Part shown: positions 24,036 through 36,549 of the stretch, in pieces
Numbering within the stretch: the stretch's first letter is position 1
How the letters are laid out: each line of letters opens with the position of its first letter
DNA from: Halocafeteria seosinensis
Lineage: Eukaryota
DNA: 64,000 bases
Reading direction: 5' to 3'
NCBI GenBank assembly: GCA_001687465.1
Contig: LVLI01000172.1
Span: forward strand, 1 to 64,000
Notes under the pieces: generated by a model
Seen by the model: the letters and a program-made list of their open reading frames with translations, nothing else
Databases searched by the model: none
What the model was told of the DNA's origin: nothing
Position numbers and translations under genes: made by a program

Positions 24036-26654
24036 ATGGCGTCTCAGAGGTCCCACCGACACGAGCAGCAGCCGCAAGATGGGAGAAGATACCACGCAAG
24101 CACCCCCATAGCTCCGTCTCCTTTCACGCCCTCTGCATCTGCGCTATCGTCGTCTCGAATGTCCCCGGCGTACTTGAGCCGCTATCAGGAGACCCCCGCC
24201 GAGAAGACAAGGAAGCGTAAAAGGGAGAGTTGGGTCGATTCTGTAAAGACTTTTTTCACGGATACCGTTCCAGGGTTTTCCTCGATTTTCAAAGGGGCTG
24301 GAACCGAAGGAGCCAATAATGCTCAGACGGGAACGAGGAAACAGAGGAGGAAGACGGTGGGTGGAACTGGACAGGACAATGATGGATCACTTGGACATAC
24401 TTCGCGGGTACTTTTTGCAAACCATAACAATGAAGGAGACGAGCCAGGGCATACCGTAGAGGAGACTCCGAGATCTGTGAAATTTGCTCAGCCGCTGATC
24501 CACAGTCAAGTGTATGTTCCCAAGTACATTAGCCAGGCCAGTGACAGCGGCAGTTCTCAAGGAGACGTCCAAACTGAACTTTCTTTTGAAAGATCTCCTG
24601 AAGATGGGGGTGATAATGGTACATCGTCATCTGCTGGTTCTCGCTCTGGTTCTGGTTCCGAAGACGACGAAGAGGAAAGCGGTTCTGCTAAGGAACAGCA
24701 AGAGCCTTCCGAGAGCCGGACTCGGAGCGATGGACCTGGTCCCAAGGAGAAACCCGAGGACACAGAAGGTTCCAACTCTACGCAGAAAGCGGACACGCAA
24801 GAATCAGGTCAAAAGTTATCAAGTGGTAGTCGTCCTAGTGTTACGAAGACATGCGAAGTTGAAGGAGACGGTACTTCGCGGAGGGTTGATAATAGCGAGG
24901 GTGGCAATATTAGACCATCTGTTTCTGAGGGCAACGATACGCTACAAAATGATAAGACGGGTCGTGACAACCTAATAAGGCACGAACACCATTCTCATGA
25001 CCATCCTCAATATGGATCCTCGCACAGCCCCGCTGATACCAGGACACTCAATGGGAGTATCTCTTCTGTCCAGACTCGCCGCAGCGACGATACTGACATG
25101 TTGGTACGGTCGCAACGGGCCTCCACTGCTCCTCGCACTGAGCAGAGCATGAATTCATCGTCATCACAAACTCAGGTTTCGAGAGATAGAGCTGTGCCTT
25201 CAAGAAGCCAGCCATCTGAAGGGAACAACGTGCGCACCACCTCGAATGATGCAAATTCAGATAATGTTGATAGCGCGCGAGAAGTCAGGAAGGAGAGCAG
25301 GTCCGCGCAGATTCGCCCAAGCGCAAGAAAGCCTACGGTTATGAAGAAAAATCCTATAGTTGTTGTTCGATGCTTGCTATCGAAAGGGCATCGGCCGGTC
25401 TCCGCACAGCAGCAGCACCAGTGCGCCCAATTTGGAGTTCCTCGGAAGTTCACAAAGACCCCGAGAGAATGGAACAGCGAATCCATTCGAGGGTCCGCTT
25501 TTCATAGCATTATTCCCGCAAGAGATTCTAGCGATCAGGAGGGTACTAGTCTTGGCGGCTGGCTGCAAACAAGTAATCAAGGAGGGCCTTCAGCGAGGTC
25601 AAGCCGTCTACCCTCCGCACAGCGTAGGAGAACGTATGAGGATTTTGATGATGGAGAGATCAGCTTTACAATTCCTATCAAACTTCGGCAAAAAGGGGAA
25701 ATGCACTATCAGAATTCTTTTGTTACTAACAGGAGCTTAGCTGCGTTCTCATCGAGCAATGCTGCAACTAGTCGAGGGCTGCGAATGCGGGACTATCAGA
25801 ATGCTTCCTCTGCAGCTGCAGTCAGAACCCCTCTTTGGAATTCAAATAGTAGAGCAACGGCTACAACCGAACGAAGAAACACACAGCGCGTGGCGAACAC
25901 TAATGCTGCCCGATCCAAGCGCACACCTCAGTCAGCTAATCGAAGCCATCCTGCACTGCGGCATTCTGCCCAGAACGGACAACTACACCAAAGGAGACGA
26001 AGGCGTTCCCGGTTATTATGGAAAGGATCTAGCCTCGCTGAAGACAACGATAACCGAAGTGTAGGTTCAACAGTCTCTGACCATGGCAGTGCCCCCACTG
26101 TAGTTCGTGAGTCTGACAGCTTTAGAGAACCTGATCGTCCAGCAAGTGTAAATCCCGAAAAAATTGCTTCTCAGGTAATGAGCAGGCTCAGTGATGCTGT
26201 TAAGAATATTGATGAGTTCCGCACCACCTCCGTCGTGCGCACAGCACAGAGCACCATCCTGAAACGAAGCCATCCTCCCTTTCATTCTACTGCGGAAGAA
26301 TCTATTCCCAACTCTGGATCACAGGGTCCATTAGCGGATCCTGAGAGTGTCCATGCCGCCGAGGAAATTGATGACGAGACGCTAGAAGAAGGGACCTTCC
26401 AATTTGCTGCGCCAAGAGTGTTCGAGCAACCTCAAGGGCGAAGTGATTACATACAGGTATCGGTTGCAGAATACGATGGTTCATACGAATTTTCGATGCC
26501 ACAAGATGATGAGCATTCCCTAGACCACGTCAATGAACAGGGATACACGTTCTCTGAACCTCACGCCAGCTCATCCCCCTTTCCAGAAAGTCGGCTTACC
26601 ATTGATGATCTCCAAAGCCGTCAGCTATATCACTTCGGTCCACCTCATCATTGA
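24036..26654 (+). CDS. 872-aa low-complexity protein; candidate Nup153/Nup1/Nup60-like nuclear basket protein
   Basis: Long uninterrupted Ser/Arg-rich ORF. KTRKRKR is followed by the amphipathic WVDSVKTFFTDTVPGFSSIF, and four C-terminal [FY]xFxxP motifs are present. The CDS is well supported; the function is inferred. Confidence 0.6.
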   Translation: MASQRSHRHEQQPQDGRRYHASTPIAPSPFTPSASALSSSRMSPAYLSRYQETPAEKTRKRKRESWVDSVKTFFTDTVPGFSSIFKGAGTEGANNAQTGTRKQRRKTVGGTGQDNDGSLGHTSRVLFANHNNEGDEPGHTVEETPRSVKFAQPLIHSQVYVPKYISQASDSGSSQGDVQTELSFERSPEDGGDNGTSSSAGSRSGSGSEDDEEESGSAKEQQEPSESRTRSDGPGPKEKPEDTEGSNSTQKADTQESGQKLSSGSRPSVTKTCEVEGDGTSRRVDNSEGGNIRPSVSEGNDTLQNDKTGRDNLIRHEHHSHDHPQYGSSHSPADTRTLNGSISSVQTRRSDDTDMLVRSQRASTAPRTEQSMNSSSSQTQVSRDRAVPSRSQPSEGNNVRTTSNDANSDNVDSAREVRKESRSAQIRPSARKPTVMKKNPIVVVRCLLSKGHRPVSAQQQHQCAQFGVPRKFTKTPREWNSESIRGSAFHSIIPARDSSDQEGTSLGGWLQTSNQGGPSARSSRLPSAQRRRTYEDFDDGEISFTIPIKLRQKGEMHYQNSFVTNRSLAAFSSSNAATSRGLRMRDYQNASSAAAVRTPLWNSNSRATATTERRNTQRVANTNAARSKRTPQSANRSHPALRHSAQNGQLHQRRRRRSRLLWKGSSLAEDNDNRSVGSTVSDHGSAPTVVRESDSFREPDRPASVNPEKIASQVMSRLSDAVKNIDEFRTTSVVRTAQSTILKRSHPPFHSTAEESIPNSGSQGPLADPESVHAAEEIDDETLEEGTFQFAAPRVFEQPQGRSDYIQVSVAEYDGSYEFSMPQDDEHSLDHVNEQGYTFSEPHASSSPFPESRLTIDDLQSRQLYHFGPPHH

Positions 26655-26856
26655 ATTAACTTCTAGTAGGGTGGCAAATCTGCGTCATCAGTCGCTCGTG
26701 GAGAGTGTCAGTTGAAGCAAGAAACAAAGCGGTAGCATGGAAAGGTTCGGAAGTGGTGCACATGTGAATGTGAAATACACAATCGCGAGTATTTCCTGTG
26801 TTGATATTACTGCTTCAACTGTGTTTGCTTTAGTTGTGAATATTCTGAAACTGTTA

Positions 26857-29800
26857 CTACTTTCTGCTAGACCCAGTTACTCGCCGGCGCTTTTCTTGGA
26901 CGGGACTTTCATCGTTAGCCCCAGAGAAACTAATCTGGGATAGGTTCTCGCTCACCTGATCCTCTGCTTGCTGGTGATTGCTGTTTCGCCGGTTCGAGTC
27001 TTCTTCTTCGTGCATGATCTGAAGAATGAATCCAAGGGCTTCATCTTTTGATTGCTCCACAATGCTCGAAATCTTCTGTTGATGGATAACACCGAAGAAT
27101 TTATCAGCTACGGAGGCCATTTCTGGCCTGAATGTCGATGTAATAAATTGGGCAGGGTTTTCATCAGGCTCCGCATTGGCTTGCCTCGAAATAAGATTTG
27201 CCACGGCCGATCTGTGCGTAGCATCCAAGGCTTGGTCGACCTCGTCGAACAAATAGAAAGGAGCTGGGTCGCATCGCTGGATGGCAAAAATCATGGCCAG
27301 CGCCACTAATGCCTTCTGTCCACCTGAAAGCTGGTGGATGAAGTAGCTTTCTTCTTGTTCGTCGAAACTAGCTCGAACAGCAACACCACAGAAAGATTCA
27401 ATCTGCTGATATGGGTTATTCTTCTTGTCAGCGGCTTCATTGTCGGAGTCCCGTTTCTTCATGATGATGGAAGCGCTACCTCTCGGCACGAGTTGACTGA
27501 ACACTTCTCTGAAATGCCGAGAAACTCCTTTGAACGTCCTCATAATTGCTTCATCTTTCTGGTGATCCAGATGTTCGATGAGGGATTGAATCTTTTCGGC
27601 ACCTCTGCAGGGGTATAACGGTGTGGTTAGCCACTATAGGGGCATCAGTATACGCGTACGTACCTATCCAGTTCGTCCTTTCGCTTCAACAGTGTTTCCC
27701 TCTGTTCCGAAAAATTGGAGAACTGATCCAGTGCTTTTCGATTCACGTTATCGTATTTCTTTAGTTCCTTGCCGACCTTCTTCAACTCGCTAAGAATATC
27801 TTTGCGTGGCATGTTCCTATATTGCTCAAGTTCCTGCAGGGCACGAAACATCCTTAGCTGCGTGAACCACTTCCTTCTAGCGAGTACGGTAACCTACCTG
27901 AGCAGGGAGTGTTCCCAAATCTCTAATGTTCTTCATGGCATCATCTTTCTTCTTCTGCGCTAACGTGCGTTTCTCAAGCAACTTTTCGTTCTTTCGTGCC
28001 TCTTGAGACAGCTCCGTAGAAAGAGACGATTCTTCCTGCTGAATTGACGAAAGCCGATCATTTAGGTCATTTATTTGTTTCCGAATTTCGTTCATTTGTT
28101 CGTCAATTTCGGAAATTCGCGTTTGACTGTATTTTTCTTCTCTCTTTGCATCACTGAGCTTCCCTCGAGCAACGTTGAGCAAACTCTCAGTATCACGATC
28201 AGTTCTACCGCTGTCTTCGTGGGAGAGGCGCGATCGTAGATCACGAATCTTACGAGCAATATGTTCATTCAAATAGACCTCTTTATCTAACTTGGCCTGT
28301 CTCCTCTCTTGGACTTTCTGAGAAGCGGAATCTTGTTTAGACTGAAGTTCTTCCACTTTACGTTTGCTGGCATCAAGAGCTTTCTGTTCGTTAGAAGTCA
28401 GATTATCTTTCAAAGGCGTACCGAGTTCCCCTCGAAGGCTAGACAATTGTGTCTCTTTGGCAGCAACCTCTTCTTCAACGCTGCGCAGCCGGGCGGAACT
28501 ATCTTCGATTTGCTTTGAATAGTTGCTAAGCTGCTCCTCTAGCTTATCATGGCTTGAGTTGATTCTTCCCAGCTTTTCTCTAGCACGAGCTTTCTCCACA
28601 GAACATTTTTGCTGTTCTCCTCTAAGATGCGATGTCTTCTGATCACACTCTGTGCCACTCTCTTTGGCCTTATCCAGATCCTCCTTAAGCTGCGATTCCT
28701 TTTCTTCCAAATCCTTCTTCTCCCGGTAAAGCACTATGCGAGAGCTACTAGGATCATGGAACCCGCCATACATAGCACCTTTTCGCTGTACTTCGTCCCC
28801 TTCCAGGGTAACGCAACTCAAATTAGCTTTCCGGGCATACTCGGTAGCTATCTCTATGTCGCGGCACAGCAGTACCTTGCCAAAAATGGTTGCAACGGCT
28901 GGATGGTATTGCTCCTCATACTGTAACTTGCTAATCAAGGGAATACAGTCTTCTTTCATGGCAGGATAATCTACCTGCGGCGCTTTAAGTTGTGATAGAG
29001 GCATAAACGTAACTCGTCCTGCTTTTTTCTTGCTCAAATGGTTGATGCACGTTGCGGCCACCTCTTCATCGTCAACGACGACGTTCCACAGTTGGTTTCG
29101 GGCAATCACCTCAACTGCTGTGAAGAATTTCTGATCCTCAGGTTCAAACAGTTCAATCAAGGGACCATGGATACCTTTTATTCCGTGCTCTTCTTGGAGT
29201 TTCTTTACCTCTCGAAGTCCATGCCGAATCGTCGAGGGGATAACTCTTTGAAGGGCAGACTCGGCGTTTACACGAGCCTCGTGTACTTGAGTGTACTCTT
29301 TATCCACATTGGAATGATTTCTCCATGCACGGCTTCTCTCCTCGATAGAAGATGTCAACCGCGCTGTCAGCTTCTTCTCTTCCTCAACACATTCGGATAT
29401 CTTATCGCGTAGTTGCTTCGCTTCTTGCTCATTTTTCTCCAACTGTTGTCGAATCTCATTCATTCTTGCTTCCATTGATTCTTTTTCTTCCCTAGCCACA
29501 TCTAAATCATGTTTCTTGGAAGAAATGGACTTTTCGAGAGATGCAATCTCTTGCTGTAGGTACGTATCCCTTTCTTCCGCCGAGGAAAACTGGTGGGCCC
29601 GTCCCATTTTGTTATAGTACCAGTCCACTTTCAACTGTTCGTTTTTCAGCTGGGTTGCGATCTGCAATAAACAAAGCAGGTGAATACAATGAAAGAAGCA
29701 GGTGGGGGGTAATAACGTTACAGCCCGTCGCACGTACATCTTGGTATTCTTTCTCGGCCTCCTCCCATTGAGGGATAAGCTGATTCTTTAGCTCTTCGTT

Positions 29801-31229
29801 GCAAGAGCGCGCCTCTTCTTGTCGCTTGACGAGCTCTTCTTGTAATTCCACCCTCGAAGACTCTGTAGATTCGGCTTCTTCTTCCAGCTCCTGAACTTCT
29901 ACCTCAGCTTCAATCCGTTTCTGCGTCTGTTCAGGTAGGGTCTCATTCAATGAGTTCCTTTCTGTCTGGAGATCGTGCTCCTTCGTACGCAAATTTTGTA
30001 GCTCCTTTTCAGATTCCTTAATAGACGAGCGGAGCTCCATCACCTTTTTCTGTACATCAGAGGATGTCAGCTGCTCCTCTTCCCTTGCTATTTCAATGGT
30101 CTCCAGTGTTTCTTTAGCTGATGTTAAATCCTTATCGTATAAAGTATACTTTAAGGCTCGCTGCTTCTTATCAAGTTGTTGAAACTGAGCCAACTCCTTG
30201 CGCTCCTCCGAAAGTACTCTCAGCCGCTCTTCGATATATTCAATTACCTCTTGTATGCGATCTCGGCTTCCGTCCGTCTCGGCCAATATCTCGATGGACT
30301 CTTTCCTTCTTGATTCGTAGACCTCAGTACCAGCGACTTCTTTCAGTAGCTGTAGTCGCTCCGCGTCGCTCATGTTAACTAACTTTTGCACCTTCCCTTG
30401 CTCAACGATGTAATAAGGGTTGGCCTTGGAAAAGCCAGCACTTTCGAGCATGTTTAGCACATCGCTCTGTGTACAAATGATTCGCATGTTGGATATCAAT
30501 TTCACACCAACCGTCAATGTACTCCCTCTCACCTACTTTGGTTACGTGTTTCCGGTTGACGAAATACTCATCTTTCTTGGCCCCGACAGTTCGTCGAAGA
30601 ATGACTTCATCAGTGTCTTGCTGCGAGTATTCGAGTAAAAAGAGTGAGAACTAGTGTAGATCAGCTTAATATCATGCTCTGCTTACAGGTATACGTCCAT
30701 CACTATTATCGAAGACAATTTCTACGAACGCACTCATTAAACGAGACCCCGCTCCTTCCTGATAAGACAGCAGCAAACAGTGGGACATAAGAGGATGCCT
30801 TCGTATACATGAGACGAATTAACTGGCGACCCGGACTTACATGTAGCAGATGTTGCCGCTCCTCAGCTCGCAGGTTATTGTGCTGATCACTCAACACGAA
30901 TCGAATAGCTGCAGAGGAGGGAGTTTCAGTCTTGTGTATAATAGCGTGCACGTGTAATACTAATAGAACGTGTACAAATGGAACTCAAACGTCCCCCAAG
31001 GCGAAATGAAGCTCTTCGCTTCCTCCCTTACCTTCAAAAAAATTTGACTTCCCGCTGCCATTTCGTCCAACTGCAGATAGCCATTGAAGATCTCTTACTG
31101 CGATGCAGTAAAAACGTCTCGTGTACATACAATGAACTTACCGATGAGGTTATGCGTGGACGAAAAGTCATCGAGAATGGTATCTTTGTAGCTCTTGAAG
31201 CCACTGATGCGCACCGTTTTAATGTACAT
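26857..31229 (-). CDS. SMC3: Cohesin subunit SMC3
   Basis: MYIKTVRISGFKSY start; Walker A VGRNGSGKSNFF across short introns; LESAGFSKANPYYIVEQGKV; hinge GIHGPLIEL..GRVTFMPL; LSGGQKALVALAMIFAIQRCDPAPFYLFDEVDQALD. About 9 short introns. Confidence 0.97.
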
Positions 31230-31717
31230 CTTGGTCCTCTATTCTTCCAGTAACAGCACCTCTGTCCACACTACCACCGAATGAAGTGTTATAATATTGA
31301 TTTTCTTTGATAACAGCCTTGTATCGTCCCAAAACCTCAATATAAACGCGTAATAGCAGAGTTCTCCTTTTGGATTCCTCCTGTTTTTTTGAATTTGGAT
31401 TCCCGACACCTCTTGTTTCACCCAAAGAATGTATCATACGGATCTTGTACATAGAAGAATGTCTACTTCACGGAAGATACACCAACAAAAAATGCCCCCC
31501 CAAAAAAAAAGACCGTAAACACCATAAGAACGATACTTATGGAGGAAAGGAACTGAAAACTCAAGGGTGAAATTTGAAATAGCACCACTCCAACGCAGCA
31601 ATCTTTTGTTGGCGTTGAAGTTGCGCTCATGAGGGCCATGAAAAGGCTCTTTCGAGGTGTTTGTCAGGTTTGATATGATGGAAGTGAGGTAGTATAGCCA
31701 TCCCTACTCCCGTTATC

Positions 31718-32296
31718 ATGTCCGCGACGGGGACAGCAGGTGTTGCCCGCCGCGGAGAGGAGGAGAAAGAATACTTTATGAGGGAAGCTCTCGGGGAGGC
31801 TGAGCTGGCCTTCGAGGAAGGCGAAGTCCCTGTCGGATGCGTGATTGTCTCCAGAAAGGGCGATTCTGGTCCTCGGACCATACTTACACGGGGGCACAAC
31901 AAGACGGTGGAAAGTAGGAACCCGACGCAACATGCGGAAATAGTGAGCTTAAATAGATTCTTCCGGGAGCATCCCAATTCTGCCTTGGAAACTCTTCGAG
32001 ATACCGAGATATTTGTCACGGTGGAGCCGTGCATTATGTGCACTAGTGCATTGCTCAAGGTTGGCATTAAGAAAGCGTTTTTCGGGGCCTATAATGATAA
32101 ATTTGGAGGATGTGGTTCGGTACTTGATGTGAAGAAAGAGGGCGAGAGACAGCTGGAAATTGAGGGAGAATTGTTCAAAGACGAAGCAATATCGCTGCTT
32201 CGCAGATTTTATGACAAACCGAATGAGTTAGCACCAAATCCCAGACGAAAGCAAGATAGAACTTGTACCAGGGAAAAGGAAGATTCAGTTACTTGA
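31718..32296 (+). CDS. ADAT2: tRNA-specific adenosine-34 deaminase catalytic subunit
   Basis: EVPVGCV, HAE, VTVEPCIMC and FGGCGSVL motifs; C-terminal RFY..PNELAPNP. Confidence 0.92.
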   Translation: MSATGTAGVARRGEEEKEYFMREALGEAELAFEEGEVPVGCVIVSRKGDSGPRTILTRGHNKTVESRNPTQHAEIVSLNRFFREHPNSALETLRDTEIFVTVEPCIMCTSALLKVGIKKAFFGAYNDKFGGCGSVLDVKKEGERQLEIEGELFKDEAISLLRRFYDKPNELAPNPRRKQDRTCTREKEDSVT

Positions 32297-32403
32297 TTTT
32301 TGGTCTCAGTTCATTCGTTGCTTTAGAGATTCGTCGCATGACAGAACATAGGACTATACAAACAAGACATGTACACACAAGAACACACACAAGAGTGGCA
32401 ACA

Positions 32404-35400
32404 CTACATGAGGCGCACCCCAGATGTGCCACCTCCAATGTTTGAATTTCCCCCAAAGGACATGCCAAAGCCAGTGCTCGTGCCGCGAAGCGACAAATTG
32501 GAAGGAGCGACATGTCTCGAACGAGTTTGAGGTGTTCTTGGAGCTGCTCCACGTCGGATATTCCCTGCTGGAACTGGAGCATTGGGGTTACTGTTGTTCA
32601 CATTCCTTCCTTGTGAGGCTTGGTTGGTATTATTGTTGGCAGGGCCACCACCCATCATGTTCCTTTGGCCTCCGATGTGATGGCCAGCTATTGGAGACAA
32701 CGACGCCATGTGTTGTCTGTTGTTGGGAAATTGCATGTTCTTTGGTTTACCGGAACCATAGGAATTTCCGCCGTTGGGAAAATTCCCACTTGCCTGAGGG
32801 AAGGCCTGGCGGGCAGAACGTCCTTGGATTCCTTGCGTCGAAGACAACAAGCTTTTATTCAAAGTTGAATTCATGGGTGTGAACGAGTGCTGCCGGCCAC
32901 CTCCTTGCCTCCAGCTCTGGCCACTTCTACCAGGGCGGTTGGCGTCTCCTATAGGATTGTAGGACTGCTTATTCTTAGTTGGGCCCATCTGACCCAACGG
33001 TTTACCACCAACGCTAAGTCCCCCATCTCCATGCTTGAGGTATCGCTTCCCCTCTCGTTGATTTCGATGCACTTGAGACGACTGGCCATAATATTCCTCG
33101 TACGCTTCCTTTCCTTCGTCCGGGTCACCTTCGGAACCGTCTCCACTACCGTGCAACGGTTCTTCTACAACTTGCTGTACATCTTCGTCGTCATCTCCTT
33201 CGCTCACGCTAGGAAGCGTCTTTACAGGACCAATTGAACCATAGAGCGACCCGGTAGATGTCAGACCATTGCCGTACGCATCCACTTCTTCTTGAGTTCC
33301 CGCTGTTTCAATACCACTACCCTCAACTTCCGAAGACAAGGCTGGCATGGCAACCATGCGTTGGTATCCTACTTCAGTTCCGCCTGCATGATACTGTGAG
33401 TCCTTTTGGCCCGCTTGAGTGTTGGACATTTTACTTTCGTTCTCATGCGGGCCCCTATCCTCCGTGCTTGCTTCGCTGAGGCCGCTAAAAACGCTATTGC
33501 CAGCGACAACACTCCGGCCGGTAGAATCAGCTTCATCACTTGCACGCACGCGGCTTCGACTTCGGCTCGTCTGTTGGTGTTTGGTCTTACGCTTTCGTCG
33601 TCGCCCCTGGCGGGTGTTGCCTCCGCCTGTGCCAGATGTGTGTTCGCCGAAGTCATCGGTATGTGTAGAATGTTGATTCAGTGTCTGTTGGCTTTGAATA
33701 CTAGCCATGGAAGCATTCATTGCCAAAGCAGCTTCCCCGGGCATTGGAGAGTCTGTGCCTCTAGCTTCATTTTCGTGGTCGGGGTCACTGCTGTAGTCGT
33801 CGTCACCCATTACTTGCGATCCCTCTTCCTTGCTCTCTCCCGCATTGCTGCTTTTCTCTTTGCTGTGATGCTTGTTTTCCTTCTTTTTCCTAGACCGTGA
33901 CTGGGAGTGCTTGCTACGTCGTGACGTGTTCATTGATTCTAGCTCCTGTCTGGAGGTATTATCCCCTCGGCTCAAAGACGTCTCCCGTCCGTCATTTTGC
34001 GCTCCCCTTGCTTGGTGGCGACTCTTGCGACTGTAGTTTCGGGACACCTCACGCTGTTCAGATTGTAAAATAGCACGGTCCCTCTCGCGTTCCTCGCGAA
34101 TTCGTTCTTTTTCTTTTTCCCAAGATTTCTCCTTCATTCGTACCTGTGAGATGACCTCTGCCTCTTCCCGGTCCACTCGGTACTCACGGGAACGTAAATC
34201 AGAGCGGAGATTACTCCTTTCTTTGTCCCATGCTTCTCTTTCGGAACGCTTGAGTGCCTGTGTGTCATACTGGGGTCTCGAGTTTCCTTCGTTCCTGGCG
34301 ATCTCCTCACGGAGCTTTTGTTCGACAGCCTTCTCTCGCTCTTTCTCCGCCATACGGGCGCGTTCCCGTTCCAGCTCTTGATCTCTTTTCAGTTCTTCCT
34401 CCTGCGCTTCCTGAAGTATGAGATCATCTTGGTCCCCGTCAAGTTTGGAAGAGTTCATATCTTCTCTGTGGGTTTCCAAAAGGATGCTACTCTTCCCTTT
34501 ACCCCGTTTCTCTTTGGATTTCTCGCCATCCTCCGTTTTTCCTTTATCTTTCTTGTGCTTTCGGGAACGCTTTTGCATCACAAATGCAGCACGATCTTGT
34601 TCCATGGCATCTTTTAATTGCTGCATTACCGAATTTCAACACGCTTCAAAGCGTCCAAACTCACAAAAGCGGAAATGCTACCGTATACTTACAGGGTAGA
34701 ACCATTCATTGAACCCTTCAAAATAACTGTGTCGCAACAGTTCGGAACAGGTGGGACGTTGCAAGGGTTCGTAAGCTAAACATCTTTTGATGACATCCAA
34801 GGCAAGAGGGTCAGCATTGGGAAGCTTGTTTTCTAATGGATCGAGACTCTTTACTTCGGGCAGCTTTACCCCAGAGAACATGGGATTCTGCCGTGCCAAG
34901 TCCATCATCCGCGGAGTCAGAGTACCGAATGTCCTTATAATGTGGAACACTTGGTCTACATCACTCTCCCCAGGAAACAAAGGCAAACCGTTCATAATCT
35001 CTGTAAAATGTCCAAGCAGGGGCGTGATGCCGCAATCAAACAGAAGTCGATTGTTCGGCCAATACTTACCTGCCATCAAGCAACCAATTGCCCATAGATC
35101 TACAGCTTTGCCATAACTTGCATCTCCTACGAGCAATTCAGGACTCCTATACCATCTTGTGGAAACATAGTCCGTATACCTTGCACCTGGGCCAGCCAAT
35201 GTCCTAGCAAACCCAAAATCACAGAGCTTTAAGCAGCCGTGTTTGGATATCAAAAGGTTCTCCGGCTTAATATCCCGATGAATAACATTGTGTGCATGAC
35301 AAAACTCGATGCTTCGAATGAGTTGCCACATTATTTTCTTAACTTCGAGAGGATCCATGCCGTTTGGATGACGTTCCAGGTCCTCCAGCAAAGTTCGGTC

Positions 35401-35973
35401 CACATATTCAAACACCTGGGAATTCCACACAGCATACGTAATTTCCTTTGCCATATTCTCATACAATGCAAGTTGCTTCAATTTGAAACGTACCAAATAC
35501 AGTTTGCCTTTCCGTCGAAATACTTCGATAAGAGTAACTATGTTTTCATGGCGCAGTTGCTGCATAACGCCGACAACAGCAACGACCCCGTTAAGCATGT
35601 CTACGCACAATCGGGTCCACCAGCACCCGAGGGTGATGAAGGTCATCCTTACCTTTAGAATACGCACTTCTCGAAGTGCTGTTTTCCTAACCTGTTCATC
35701 ATCATCACTCTCTTTAAACTTTTTGATCGCCACAATCTGCCCTGTTTCCTTGTGGCGGGCCTTGAGGACGACGCCATACGTCCTGTACTCAGTTCAACAA
35801 CATTGCGAAAAACAATAGTGCAAGGTTTTAAACTCCTTAAACGGTGATATACGCCCCTAAGAGCGTCGAAAGTGAGCGCTACGGCGCTCCAGCTCCCAAA
35901 GAAAAAAACGAACAAGTTTTTGCTGTTCAACGTACCCTTGGCCGATCGTTCCTAGGTTTTCGTAGTTATCCAT
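32404..35973 (-). CDS. Cyclin-dependent kinase-like (CDKL5/LF5-type) with a long disordered C-terminal tail
   Basis: [13 protein letters not shown] / [55 protein letters not shown] activation loop [18 protein letters not shown]. Several short introns; last exon about 740 aa. Confidence 0.92.
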
Positions 35974-36124
35974 GTCCCTCTCCGTCGGCTGACCAGAGAG
36001 ATACTGTATACCACTAATCACTCTCTATGTGTGGGGACTACCGACTAGAACCACCTCATTTCATGCTCGTATAGAGCATGGTGGAGGAGAGTAACCGAAC
36101 CCCCGCGTTGGTCTACACTGCAAG

Positions 36125-36144
36125 CACACACACACACACGCACA
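36125..36144. repeat. Short (CA)n microsatellite
   Basis: cacacacacacacacgcaca in the CDKL/ENO4 divergent spacer. Confidence 0.6.
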
Positions 36145-36549
36145 ACAGAGGGAGGAAAAAGGGTTGTCATGCAAACTACGGGTCGGACATGAGTAGTAGC
36201 AGTCTGGAGTGGAACACAACCTCCCTATACTGAGTAAAACTGCGCCTTTCGTGCATTCTTGGACTCACGCGGCCCTCCGGGGCCCCTCCCCACAACGCAA
36301 CTTTCTCCCCGTCCTCATCCAGGAGGGCGCGGCTGAGCCCCGCCCTCCTTGCCATACAGCATCCTACAGAGGTGAATATTGCAGAATACACGGAGCATAA
36401 TATCTCAAAACTGTATACGTTCGTCTTGGCGAGTGGAGAAGGAATGTATCGGGTCTGAAAACCGAAGGAGAGGGGAAAAGTTGACCAAGGACGCACTAAC
36501 GGCTTCAAGGTTGTTGTGGATTATACCTCGTATACAACACGATACAATC

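Noticed and set aside
35062..35073. ATACTTACCTG, identical to the U1 snRNA 5' end
   Set aside because: It is the reverse complement of a CAG|GTAAGTAT splice donor in the CDKL gene, and no U1 body follows.
36162..36176. X-box-like GTTGTCATGCAAAC near ciliary genes (also ~22326 and ~47252)
   Set aside because: Imperfect matches expected by chance, and RFX factors are not established outside amorphean lineages.
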